From: Bacteroidales bacterium
GTDB taxonomy: Bacteria > Bacteroidota > Bacteroidia > Bacteroidales > JAADGE01
DNA length: 39,779 nucleotides
Assembly: GCA_024762915.1 (NCBI GenBank)
Contig: JANTGL010000001.1
Coordinates: 1-39,779, forward strand
Direction of reading: 5' to 3'
This document shows, piece by piece, positions 29,801-37,125 of this stretch (position 1 is its first letter; each line of letters starts with the position of its first letter). A model generated the notes under the pieces. The model made no database searches and was not told the origin of the DNA. It was given only the letters and a program-made list of their open reading frames with translations. The position numbers were made by a program, and so were the translations under genes.

Positions 29801-30134
29801 TAACCCGGTATATATTGTGCGGAAAGGAGAATTAACAGAAATAAAAGCAACACGAAATCCGATTGGTGCATTTATTAAAGAAAAACCGTTTGAATCAAAT
29901 GATTTTAATCTGGAAAGAGGTGATATATTATATACATTTTCTGACGGGTATTCAGATCAATTCGGAATGGATGAAAATCAAAAGTTTAATAAACGAAACT
30001 TTAAAAAACTTTTGGCAAAAATTTATGATAAACCGATGTCGGAACAAAAACAAATTCTTGATGATGTTTTTAAGAAATGGAAGGGAAATGTCGAACAAAC
30101 GGATGATATCATTATTCTTGGCGTCAGAATCTGA
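26832..30134 (+). CDS. membrane sensor phosphatase: periplasmic two-component-regulator-type beta-propeller plus Y_Y_Y domain, one TM helix, coiled coil, and a C-terminal PP2C/SpoIIE phosphatase
   Basis: 1100 aa. It has an N-terminal signal/anchor and repeated propeller-blade-like segments (..GLPDNEIFAIGKDDNNGLWLSHGLGISRID..). A Y_Y_Y-like domain follows (EYQYFLEGL...WGNSPEISFPYVPHGNYTLHVKAKN). The TM helix is FLISSALTFFLLIILIV, followed by a coiled coil. The PP2C core is SGDFYW...AADCTGHGVPGALLS...DGYSDQFG...DDIIILGV. Confidence 0.85.
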   Translation: MIMRLKYTILLRYSLSLLIFIFSGLSIYAQKGSPFITNYKLKNKYKLHNWFIIQDKDEMMFFANQKGVLSFDGSDWDLIATPTMPLTMYSDTTDHKIYAGCVNDVGYIERDTTGSYVYVSIKKASENIGKVIEISSSENKLIVLSENFITFFNTDDYEVIKRIPNRKEKGFLKNIISVSDELFLVTDNNIFYKLKDDSLNRFKVKNKKNIGKILFDFPISKTRSIIGTDANKLYFFGGKSVWRFNIQDQKYLDESILTDAVLLSDRKIVLSTLIGGILIIDSKTRKTIKSINYSSGLPDNEIFAIGKDDNNGLWLSHGLGISRIDFSIPVKFYHTYPGIEGRLLSVINNNNTIYVGTNKNLYFLEELDAYKRAQLIEAKIYTVSKTLKNKKELKAKEDAKKKGLFSGLHKKIKEFVSPDNTISLTESKRNALIRKRKLLGLQSVSHSYNKIEGLEDRCKLLVPYGDKLLAGGNNGLYEVADNKAERIIEDQYVNNIIQAKNNPDLFYVCTNNGLFLLEFTEDDRIITQVEDLKKKHVSSVSENDTAVWIGTDENVYLIDLRTNTIASYEIDNKYAEASTLQEFNNNLYVLLPSEIFYYDAKQDRFVVLLSGNFSYIKKQKDVLWLNNNEKWYSAIQPKDYDRANNIYLNLFNDIEYIYVDKLNDTWVIDDDNNLYKINNLNITLYNPEQNVLIKNITNQNDKKFSLNNLTLASDENYLRIRFSAPFFLKQDATEYQYFLEGLMKTRSVWGNSPEISFPYVPHGNYTLHVKAKNILGNISEEKKISFSVKAPFWEKDWFLISSALTFFLLIILIVKLRERKLQKNQKILERKIQERTKTIEEQKNQLAQKNKSIKESIVYAGRIQKAVMPSDELMGQLFNDYFVYFKPRDIVSGDFYWLKKIGDYTVYAAADCTGHGVPGALLSMLGISFLNEIVSKARFDTPDEILNRLRKKIKKSLNQSGSNFESKDGMDIALCIIDHDSLQLQFAGAYNPVYIVRKGELTEIKATRNPIGAFIKEKPFESNDFNLERGDILYTFSDGYSDQFGMDENQKFNKRNFKKLLAKIYDKPMSEQKQILDDVFKKWKGNVEQTDDIIILGVRI

Positions 30135-30137
30135 TTT

Positions 30138-31583
30138 TTAATATTTAACAATTCTTAAAGTATCCAAATTTAACCGAATCTTCAACCATTCTTCCAAGGT
30201 CTTTGATTTTTTTCGGATATAGCTGTTGTAAGTTCCGTTTTTCCATTTAACCATAAATGTAGGAATCGTATCGTAGTTTCCCGAAGAATTTAATTCAATG
30301 CTTTTTGCAAATGCAAATTTGTTAATTCGAGGATATTGAACGGCAAATTCTTTTTGTAAACTTTTCAAAGGCAATGTGTCATGTTTAATGTGTATTAATT
30401 GATTCTCCAGAAAATCAATTTTTGCATTTTTACTTGTAATAATGTTTTCCTGATTTTTATAAATTTCTTCTAATATGCCTATCCGCAATTTTTCGGGTAA
30501 TTCTTTCTGCATATTATCGATTTTATTTACTAAAGTATCAAGGTTATTTTTTTCCTGATGAAAATTTAAAACCGTTGAATCTGTAACCCGTATTGCAGAA
30601 CCTGTTTTTGATAAACCGTAGGCAGGTAATTTGTCTTTTAAGTCATTAATTTCTGTGTTCGGAATACAGTAATGAGTTAAATAAATATCGATGTTTGAAA
30701 GTGTATCGGAATAGTTGGTTTGTGTATAGATAATATCAGATTTGTGTGATTTTAAATTTTCTTTAATGAAAATTTCGGCTCGATGATTAAATTGTGATTC
30801 TTTAATAACGTTCCAGAAAATTTGTGCACTCGGCAGAATAATAAGTATGATAAAAATAAAAATGTAAACACGAATTTTTTTCTCTCGTTTGGGACTTACA
30901 TAGTTCATTTTCGGAAATCGGAGATATTTTACGGCAATGAAAGTCGTAAGACTTATAAATACGGAATTAATAAAGAAAAGATATAATGCTCCCGTCAGAA
31001 AATTTAACTGCCAAGTTGCCAAACCGTAACCTGCCGTACAAAGCGGAGGCATTAAGGCAGTTGCAATGGCAACACCCGGAATGACGTTTGATTTTTCATC
31101 CCCCGACACGGCAATAATCCCTGCCATACCTCCGAATATACCGATAAAAACATCCAATAAAGTCGGTTGTGTTCGTGCTAATAATTCCGAAGATGCTTCT
31201 TTTAAAGGGCTGATTAAAAAATAGATTGTAGATGCTAATACGCTGACAATCACTGATATAAAAAAGAATTTCAAAGATTTTTTTAATGTTACCCAATCAT
31301 TCGTTCCGACGGAAAGTCCCAGGCCGAGTATCGGACCCATCAGCGGAGAAATAAGCATGGCACCTATAACAACAGCTGTGGAATTAATATTTAAACCGAG
31401 AGAAGCAATAAATATGGAAGCAATCAAAATCCAAATACCTCTGCCTTTAAATTCAATATCCTTTTGAATAAATTCAATGGTTTTTAATCTGTCTGTTCCT
31501 TCGCGAATACTGAAAATATCTTTAAAAAATTTGAACAGATTTAAGATGAAATTTTCATTTTTATTTTGAGAATCAGTATCCAT
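30138..31583 (-). CDS. DUF389-family integral membrane protein with C-terminal soluble extension
   Basis: 481 aa. The DUF389-type hydrophobic core has IGAMLISPLMGPILGLGL and ALMPPLCTAGYGLA, with about 6-7 TM segments. A C-terminal non-membrane region of about 230 aa follows. Confidence 0.75.
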   Translation of the reverse strand: MDTDSQNKNENFILNLFKFFKDIFSIREGTDRLKTIEFIQKDIEFKGRGIWILIASIFIASLGLNINSTAVVIGAMLISPLMGPILGLGLSVGTNDWVTLKKSLKFFFISVIVSVLASTIYFLISPLKEASSELLARTQPTLLDVFIGIFGGMAGIIAVSGDEKSNVIPGVAIATALMPPLCTAGYGLATWQLNFLTGALYLFFINSVFISLTTFIAVKYLRFPKMNYVSPKREKKIRVYIFIFIILIILPSAQIFWNVIKESQFNHRAEIFIKENLKSHKSDIIYTQTNYSDTLSNIDIYLTHYCIPNTEINDLKDKLPAYGLSKTGSAIRVTDSTVLNFHQEKNNLDTLVNKIDNMQKELPEKLRIGILEEIYKNQENIITSKNAKIDFLENQLIHIKHDTLPLKSLQKEFAVQYPRINKFAFAKSIELNSSGNYDTIPTFMVKWKNGTYNSYIRKKSKTLEEWLKIRLNLDTLRIVKY

Positions 31584-31615
31584 AAATAATCAGTATTTTT
31601 CAGAATATCAATATA

Positions 31616-33073
31616 TTAATTTGCTCTGCCGTAGATCTCGCTTATATTTCTTAAAAACGATTTATGAGTTTCAGTTATATCTTCGGATTTAAAACGCCAA
31701 AGCCAATTATTTTCAAGAGTTCCTGGTGTATTCATTCGGTATCTCGAATCTAATTGCAATAAATCCTGTAAAGGTGTGATTGCCGTGTTTGCAACCGAAG
31801 ACCATGCAAGTTTTATTAGTTCATGAGTAAAATTTTCATCTTCAAATTTAAAATATTTTTCGGAAAATTGCCGTTCATGTTCCGAATAATGCTGAAACAT
31901 TCCCATAGACGTATCATTATCATGCGTTCCGGTATATACCACCGAATTTATTTTATGATTATGAGGTAAAAACGGATTCTCAGCATCTGAATTAAAAGCA
32001 AATTGTAAAATATTCATTCCCGGTAAATTGTATTTATCGCGAAGAGCTTCAACATCTTTTGTAACAAAACCTAAATCTTCGGCAATAATATTCGGATTGT
32101 TTTTAAAAATCAGTTCAAAAAAATCAGTTTCAGGTCCGGATAACCATTCTCCGTTTTCAGCCGTTTCATTTCCGAAAGGAACAGCCCAAAATTCTGATAA
32201 ACCTCTGAAGTGATCAATACGTACAATGTCAAACATTCTGAAATTCATGTTAATACGTTCTCTCCACCAAAGATAATTGTTGTTTTTTTGTTGAAGCCAA
32301 TCATAAACCGGATTTCCCCAAAGTTGTCCCGTAGGACTGAAATAATCCGGAGGAACACCGGCCACTTTTACCGGTGCAAGATTTTCATTTAACATAAAAT
32401 TTTCTGAATGCATCCAAACATCAGCACTGTCGGGTGCAACATACAGCGGGATATCACCGATAATTTTAATGCCTTTTTCATTGGCATATTTTTTTAATCG
32501 GTACCATTGTTCGAAGAAAAAATATTGAATGACTTCATACACTTCAATTTCTTGCTTTAATAGGTCTTTATATTTTTTCAGTGTATCCGGGTTTTTGAAT
32601 TTTATACCGTCTTCAAAAAACCAATACGGTTTTTCGTCATGTAATGCTTTTAAACTGATGAAAAATGCATAATCGAATAACCAATATTGATTTTCTTTTT
32701 TAAACTGCTCAAATTCGGATTTGTCACCTGCAGAATGTAAAAAATCGGCAGCTAATTTTTTCAGCAGACTTATTTTTGTTTCTTTCAAGTAGTCAAAATC
32801 AATGTTTGAAATCGGATGTTCTTTTTGTTTTAAGCATTTAACCGGTAATGCGTGTAAGTCAATCATTAAAGGATTTCCGGCAAAAGCTGAAAAAGACGAA
32901 TAAGGCGAATTTCCGAATCCTGTATGCCCAAGCGGTAAAATTTGCCAATAACTTTGTTTCGTTTCGTGCAAAAAATCCGTAAAACGGTATGCTTCTTCTC
33001 CCAATGTTCCGATACCGTATTTTCCGGGTAAGGAAGTTATATGTAATAAAATGCCGCTTTTACGTTTTTCCAT
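31616..33073 (-). CDS. malQ: 4-alpha-glucanotransferase (amylomaltase, GH77)
   Basis: 485 aa. Motifs: RKSGILLHITSLPGKYGIG, WGNPVYDW, VRIDHFRG (catalytic Asp region), IIAEDLG (Glu) and YTGTHDNDT. Confidence 0.93.
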   Translation of the reverse strand: MEKRKSGILLHITSLPGKYGIGTLGEEAYRFTDFLHETKQSYWQILPLGHTGFGNSPYSSFSAFAGNPLMIDLHALPVKCLKQKEHPISNIDFDYLKETKISLLKKLAADFLHSAGDKSEFEQFKKENQYWLFDYAFFISLKALHDEKPYWFFEDGIKFKNPDTLKKYKDLLKQEIEVYEVIQYFFFEQWYRLKKYANEKGIKIIGDIPLYVAPDSADVWMHSENFMLNENLAPVKVAGVPPDYFSPTGQLWGNPVYDWLQQKNNNYLWWRERINMNFRMFDIVRIDHFRGLSEFWAVPFGNETAENGEWLSGPETDFFELIFKNNPNIIAEDLGFVTKDVEALRDKYNLPGMNILQFAFNSDAENPFLPHNHKINSVVYTGTHDNDTSMGMFQHYSEHERQFSEKYFKFEDENFTHELIKLAWSSVANTAITPLQDLLQLDSRYRMNTPGTLENNWLWRFKSEDITETHKSFLRNISEIYGRAN

Positions 33074-33075
33074 CT

Positions 33076-34086
33076 TTATTTTCTTCCTGATAAATTTTTC
33101 GGAATTCGTCCCATTTTTACAGTTTCAGATCGAAGTCTTCGCCCGACAATTTTTTCAACGGTATTTCCGATTTCTAATATTTTATCGATATCAATTCCTG
33201 TTTCAATACCCATTTCATCCAGCATAACAAGTAAATCTTCCGTTGAAACCAAACCAACCGCATTCGGATCTTTGTAATAATATTTGCCGGTTCCGGAAAC
33301 GGGAACACCGTCAACAAAATTAGCAGGTTGTCCGCCGATGCCTCCGATTGTGGATTCAAAACGTGTAATTCCGGCTTGTAAAGCTGCCAAAACATTCGCT
33401 AAACCCCAACCTCTTGTTGTATGAAAATGCGCAAGATGCAACGATGTATCAGGAAGCGCATCCAAAAGCATCGAATAATATTTATAAACTCTGTCGGGTG
33501 ATGCGGAACCGTCATGATCGGCATGTTCAATATCATCGGCACCGATATCCAACCATCTTTTTGTAAACGTAACGGCATCTTTCATTTCTGTCGGTCCTTC
33601 AATCGGACATCCCCAAATGGTACTTACGGTTCCGTTAACTTTGATACCGGCATCATGTGCTTTTTTAATGTATGCTTCACTCATTTTCCAATAGTCAGCA
33701 TGTGATAAACCGGAATTCTTGTATTGATGTGATTCACTGGTAGAAACCATCAGCAAAATTCTGTCGGGACCCCAACCTTCTTTTTTGGCTTGAATGGCAC
33801 GTTCGATGGCACGTTCTCTGATTGTAACGGCTGTTATTTCTACATCATCAAGTTTATCTTTTAATTTCTTACTGTTCCGGATGCTTTTCATTAAATTATC
33901 GGCATCTTTGAATTGCGGCATACCTTTGGGATTTCCGAAGTTCGTGACTTCAATTTTTTTAAATCCTGCAAGAATAAGTTGCTCGGATAACCAAAGTTTT
34001 GCTTCCGTATCAATAAACTTTTCTTCATGTTGAAATCCGTCTCTGACGGTAATATCTCCTAATTCTACTTTTTTGGGATATTGCAT
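33076..34086 (-). CDS. HMGL-like (DRE-TIM metallolyase / pyruvate carboxyltransferase family) protein, HMG-CoA-lyase-related
   Basis: The ATG at 34086 gives MQYPKKVELGDITVRDGFQHEE, with the DRE-TIM RDG.Q motif. The track start at 34131 is a TTG. Also present are FHTTRGWGLANVLAALQAG (metal His region), GGIGGQP and STEDLLVMLDEMGI. It diverges from canonical HMG-CoA lyase in the LGDTIG region (ADHDGSAS). Confidence 0.7.
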   Translation of the reverse strand: MQYPKKVELGDITVRDGFQHEEKFIDTEAKLWLSEQLILAGFKKIEVTNFGNPKGMPQFKDADNLMKSIRNSKKLKDKLDDVEITAVTIRERAIERAIQAKKEGWGPDRILLMVSTSESHQYKNSGLSHADYWKMSEAYIKKAHDAGIKVNGTVSTIWGCPIEGPTEMKDAVTFTKRWLDIGADDIEHADHDGSASPDRVYKYYSMLLDALPDTSLHLAHFHTTRGWGLANVLAALQAGITRFESTIGGIGGQPANFVDGVPVSGTGKYYYKDPNAVGLVSTEDLLVMLDEMGIETGIDIDKILEIGNTVEKIVGRRLRSETVKMGRIPKNLSGRK

Positions 34087-34102
34087 GGTATTATTATATT
34101 TG
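34072..34102 (+). promoter_or_regulatory. candidate promoter for the CheR-like/CheB-like/GAF/nadC operon
   Basis: TTTG (34072-34075), a 19-nt spacer, then TATATTTG (34095-34102). This is a full match to the Bacteroidota TTTG / TAnnTTTG consensus, about 67 nt upstream of the ATG at 34169. Confidence 0.4.
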
Positions 34103-34168
34103 TTATTAATTTTACGGTATTGAATTAACAAAGATAGTATTTTTTTGTAATCAGAATGTGTCTCTTTT

Positions 34169-34987
34169 ATGCTTGATTTAAAACTTTCTGTATCAGAAGT
34201 TAATCAAATTTATGCAGAATTAAATTCGGTATCCGGCTTTGATTTCGGTAATTATGCTTTTTCATTTAAAATGAGGAAAATAATTTTATTGATGCATAGT
34301 CTGAAAATTTTAACGGTTGAGGATTTGATTTTTCGTTTACAAAATTCACAACACATTGTTTCGGAATTTGTTAAATCGATGTTTGTTTCTTACTCAGAAA
34401 TGTTTCGAGATGCCGAAATATGGAATTATTTGCAAGAAAAGATTCTTTCAAAATTACTTTTAAAGAAAGAGGTGAAAATCCATATTCCGTATTGTGTAAC
34501 AGGTGAAGAATTATATTCGTTAATGCTTTTATTAGGATTGTATCAATCAACTCATGTATCGATTTTAGTTTCACATCCGCTTTCCGAAAATGAAGAAATA
34601 ATTAAAAATCGTATTTTTACACAGAAGGATTTAAAAGCATGTCAAAAAAATATAGAATTTCTTGATTTTATTAAGAATACAGAAGATATTTTTGTCGGAC
34701 ATACGAATCAGATGAGAATTAATCATTTTTTTCGCGGAGAATTAAATTTTGAACATTGTGATATTTTAAGCCAACAACATATTGCAGAATTTGATTTGGT
34801 TTTATTTCGTAACAGATTAATATACTACAATGAAGATTTACAAACCGAGGTTCTGAGAAAAATAAGCGGAAGCTTGAATAAAGGCGGATTACTTATAATC
34901 GGCGAAAAAGAAACATTAGGACAAATGTCCGGAAAATATAAAAAACTGAAGTCAAATTTATCCGTATATAAAAAGAAAATTTTTTAA
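34169..34987 (+). CDS. CheR-like SAM-dependent protein-glutamate methyltransferase homolog (divergent)
   Basis: 272 aa that aligns by eye with the whole length of CheR. The N-terminal helical domain is present, and SEMFRD corresponds to T.FFRE. VKIHIPYCVTGEELYSLMLLL corresponds to RVWSAAASTGEEPYS, FDLVLFRNRLIYYN to FDAIFCRNVMIYF, and GGLLIIGEKE to GLLFAGHSE. Confidence 0.7.
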   Translation: MLDLKLSVSEVNQIYAELNSVSGFDFGNYAFSFKMRKIILLMHSLKILTVEDLIFRLQNSQHIVSEFVKSMFVSYSEMFRDAEIWNYLQEKILSKLLLKKEVKIHIPYCVTGEELYSLMLLLGLYQSTHVSILVSHPLSENEEIIKNRIFTQKDLKACQKNIEFLDFIKNTEDIFVGHTNQMRINHFFRGELNFEHCDILSQQHIAEFDLVLFRNRLIYYNEDLQTEVLRKISGSLNKGGLLIIGEKETLGQMSGKYKKLKSNLSVYKKKIF

Positions 34988-35556
34988 TGCGACAAAAATA
35001 TATCATCATAGGCGGTTCTGCCGGCAGTTTTAAAATTGTTACGGAAATTTTGGAAGCCATTCCGAAACACTTTCCGTTTGCCGTTATATTAATTTTACAT
35101 CGTTTAAAACATATTAAAGAGGGTTTTACCGATGCCTTAAAAATTAAATCTTTATTACCTGTTTCAGAACCCTTTGATAAAGAAAAAATATTTCCCGGCA
35201 AAGTGTATATTGCTCCTGCAAATTATCATTTATATATTGAGCCGAATAATACATTTGCACTTTCTGCCGAGGAGGTCGTTAATCATTCCAGACCGTCAAT
35301 TGATGTAACACTCAGTTCCGCAGCATTTTCTTTAAAAGAAAAAATGACGGGAATTGTATTGTCGGGAGCTAATAACGACGGAGCTGCCGGATTGAGAGAT
35401 GTGATGAATTACGGCGGTACGGCGATTGTTCAAGATCCTGAAGATGCAGCTGTTCCGACCATGCCTGAAGCAGCATTAAAGATTTCGGGAACGAAAAATA
35501 TTTTATCTTCGCAGGAAATTATTGAATATATTAAAAATCTAAATTTTGAATTGTAA
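34987..35556 (+). CDS. CheB-like protein-glutamate methylesterase catalytic domain, no receiver domain
   Basis: 189 aa. Motifs: IIIGGSAGSFKIV (Ser nucleophile), ILILHRL (His), IYIAPANYHL, HSRPSIDV, VLSGANNDGAAG (Asp) and VPTMPEAAL. The start overlaps the CheR-like stop (TAATG at 34985-34989). Confidence 0.85.
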   Translation: MRQKYIIIGGSAGSFKIVTEILEAIPKHFPFAVILILHRLKHIKEGFTDALKIKSLLPVSEPFDKEKIFPGKVYIAPANYHLYIEPNNTFALSAEEVVNHSRPSIDVTLSSAAFSLKEKMTGIVLSGANNDGAAGLRDVMNYGGTAIVQDPEDAAVPTMPEAALKISGTKNILSSQEIIEYIKNLNFEL

Positions 35557-36290
35557 TGTCTAAAAATCTTGTCCGAAAAATAATTGCGACTGTTTTTTTT
35601 ATTTTATCTCTGTTTTTAATTTGGCAGTTATTTACCGTGAATCCTGAGTATCAGAATAATACTGAAATGACCATCAGGTTCGGAGCATTGTTTTTATCAA
35701 ATTTATTTTTATTTGTTTTAACATATACGTTTCAAACAGAAAAAATAATTGAAAAAGAAAAAGGAATCGTTCTGCAAAAAGAAAAACACTTTGATGATAT
35801 TGAAGAAGAAAAAACAGGTGATACAGAATTGAAAATTAACAGGATTATTTCAAACGTAAAAAATGTTTCATCCGACAAAAATTTCTTTGAAGAGTTGTTG
35901 AAAATTTTTTCTAAGGAATTTTATATTGTTCAGGGGCTGATTTATGTTAAGGGAAAAGATAAATTTAAAATGACTGCAAGCTATGCGATATACGGAAATA
36001 AAAAGATTAATGAATTTTCGGAAGGACAAGGAATTCCCGGGCAGGTTGCAAAGGATATGAAAATAAAGATAATCACGGATATACCCGAAGATTATATTAA
36101 TGTGGTTTCCGGACTGGGTGCTTGTTCTCCTCAAAATCTTCTTTTTATTCCGATTGTATCAGGGAATGAAACAATTGCTTTGATAGAAGCTACGGCATTT
36201 GATAAGTTCCCGGAGAATCTGGAATTATATTATAACGAATTAAATTCTGCGCTGGTAAAAAAAATAAAAAATCTAAAAAATGACGAATAA
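35556..36290 (+). CDS. membrane-anchored GAF-domain protein (2 TM helices, E/K-rich linker, GAF) with no output domain
   Basis: 244 aa. The TM helices are IIATVFFILSLFLIWQLF and FGALFLSNLFLFVLTYTF. The charged linker is EKIIEKEKGIVLQKEKHFDDIEEEKTGDTELK. The C-terminal ~140 aa has a GAF-like pattern (...GQGIPGQVAKDMK...LLFIPIVSGNETIALIEA). The start overlaps the CheB-like stop (TAATG at 35554-35558). Confidence 0.65.
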   Translation: MSKNLVRKIIATVFFILSLFLIWQLFTVNPEYQNNTEMTIRFGALFLSNLFLFVLTYTFQTEKIIEKEKGIVLQKEKHFDDIEEEKTGDTELKINRIISNVKNVSSDKNFFEELLKIFSKEFYIVQGLIYVKGKDKFKMTASYAIYGNKKINEFSEGQGIPGQVAKDMKIKIITDIPEDYINVVSGLGACSPQNLLFIPIVSGNETIALIEATAFDKFPENLELYYNELNSALVKKIKNLKNDE

Positions 36291-37122
36291 ATTGATTGAT
36301 CAATTAATTGATTTGGCAATTGCTGAAGATATCGGTGACGGAGACCATTCTTCACTGTCCTGTATTCCGGAAAACGAAACCGGAACGGTTCAACTACTGG
36401 TTAAAGAAGAAGGCATTTTAGCCGGTGTTGAAATTACAAAAGAAGTTATCAGAAAAATTGATCCGGAATTAAAAATTGAGGTGTTCCTGCAAGACGGAAC
36501 AAAAATAAACCCCGGGGATATTGCTTTTAAAATTTCGGGAAAAGTAATTTCTATTTTGCAAGCCGAACGTTTATTGCTTAATTTTATGCAACGAATGAGC
36601 GGTATTGCTACGCAAACGGCAAAATATGCTGAATTAATAAAAGATTTCCCGACTAAAGTTTTAGATACCAGAAAAACAACTCCCGGACTGCGACATATTG
36701 AAAAACTTGCCGTCGCAATTGGTGGCGGAACCAATCACAGAATGGGATTGTATGATATGGTGATGCTGAAAGATAATCATATTGATTTTGCCGGGGGTAT
36801 TGAAAAAGCAATCAATAAAGTTGTTGATTATTTAAAAACTCAAAATAAAGATATTAAAATTGAAGTTGAAGTACGTGATTTTGATGAATTAAACGAAGTG
36901 TTGAGAGTAGGGAAGGTGCATCGAATTATGCTGGATAATTTTTCTGTTGAGGACACTAAAATTGCCGTTGATATGATTGCGGGAGAATACGAAGTTGAAT
37001 CTTCCGGCGGAATAACCTTTGATACTTTAAGAAGCTATGCCGAATGCGGTGTTGATTTTATCTCGGTCGGTGCATTAACGCATCAGATTAAGAGTTTGGA
37101 TTTGAGCTTGAAAGCGATTTAG
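36280..37122 (+). CDS. nadC: nicotinate-nucleotide diphosphorylase (carboxylating), quinolinate phosphoribosyltransferase
   Basis: 280 aa. Motifs: AIAEDIGDGDH, AERLLLNFMQRMSGIAT, LDTRKTTPGLR, GGGTNHRMGLYD..MLKDNH and MLDNF. The ATG at 36280 lies 11 nt inside the preceding GAF ORF. Confidence 0.93.
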   Translation: MTNKLIDQLIDLAIAEDIGDGDHSSLSCIPENETGTVQLLVKEEGILAGVEITKEVIRKIDPELKIEVFLQDGTKINPGDIAFKISGKVISILQAERLLLNFMQRMSGIATQTAKYAELIKDFPTKVLDTRKTTPGLRHIEKLAVAIGGGTNHRMGLYDMVMLKDNHIDFAGGIEKAINKVVDYLKTQNKDIKIEVEVRDFDELNEVLRVGKVHRIMLDNFSVEDTKIAVDMIAGEYEVESSGGITFDTLRSYAECGVDFISVGALTHQIKSLDLSLKAI

Positions 37123-37125
37123 CAG

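Noticed and set aside
34087-34131. TTG start at 34131 for the HMGL-like gene
   Set aside because: The ATG at 34086 places the conserved RDG.Q motif at the usual distance from the N-terminus. The extension is Asn/Lys-rich and overlaps the promoter-like region of the divergent operon.
34169-36290. Reading the CheR/CheB pair as a conventional chemotaxis operon
   Set aside because: No MCP, CheA, CheW or CheY lies nearby, the CheB-like ORF lacks a receiver domain, and the host looks like a non-flagellated Bacteroidota. It is treated as an orphan methylation module in the findings instead.
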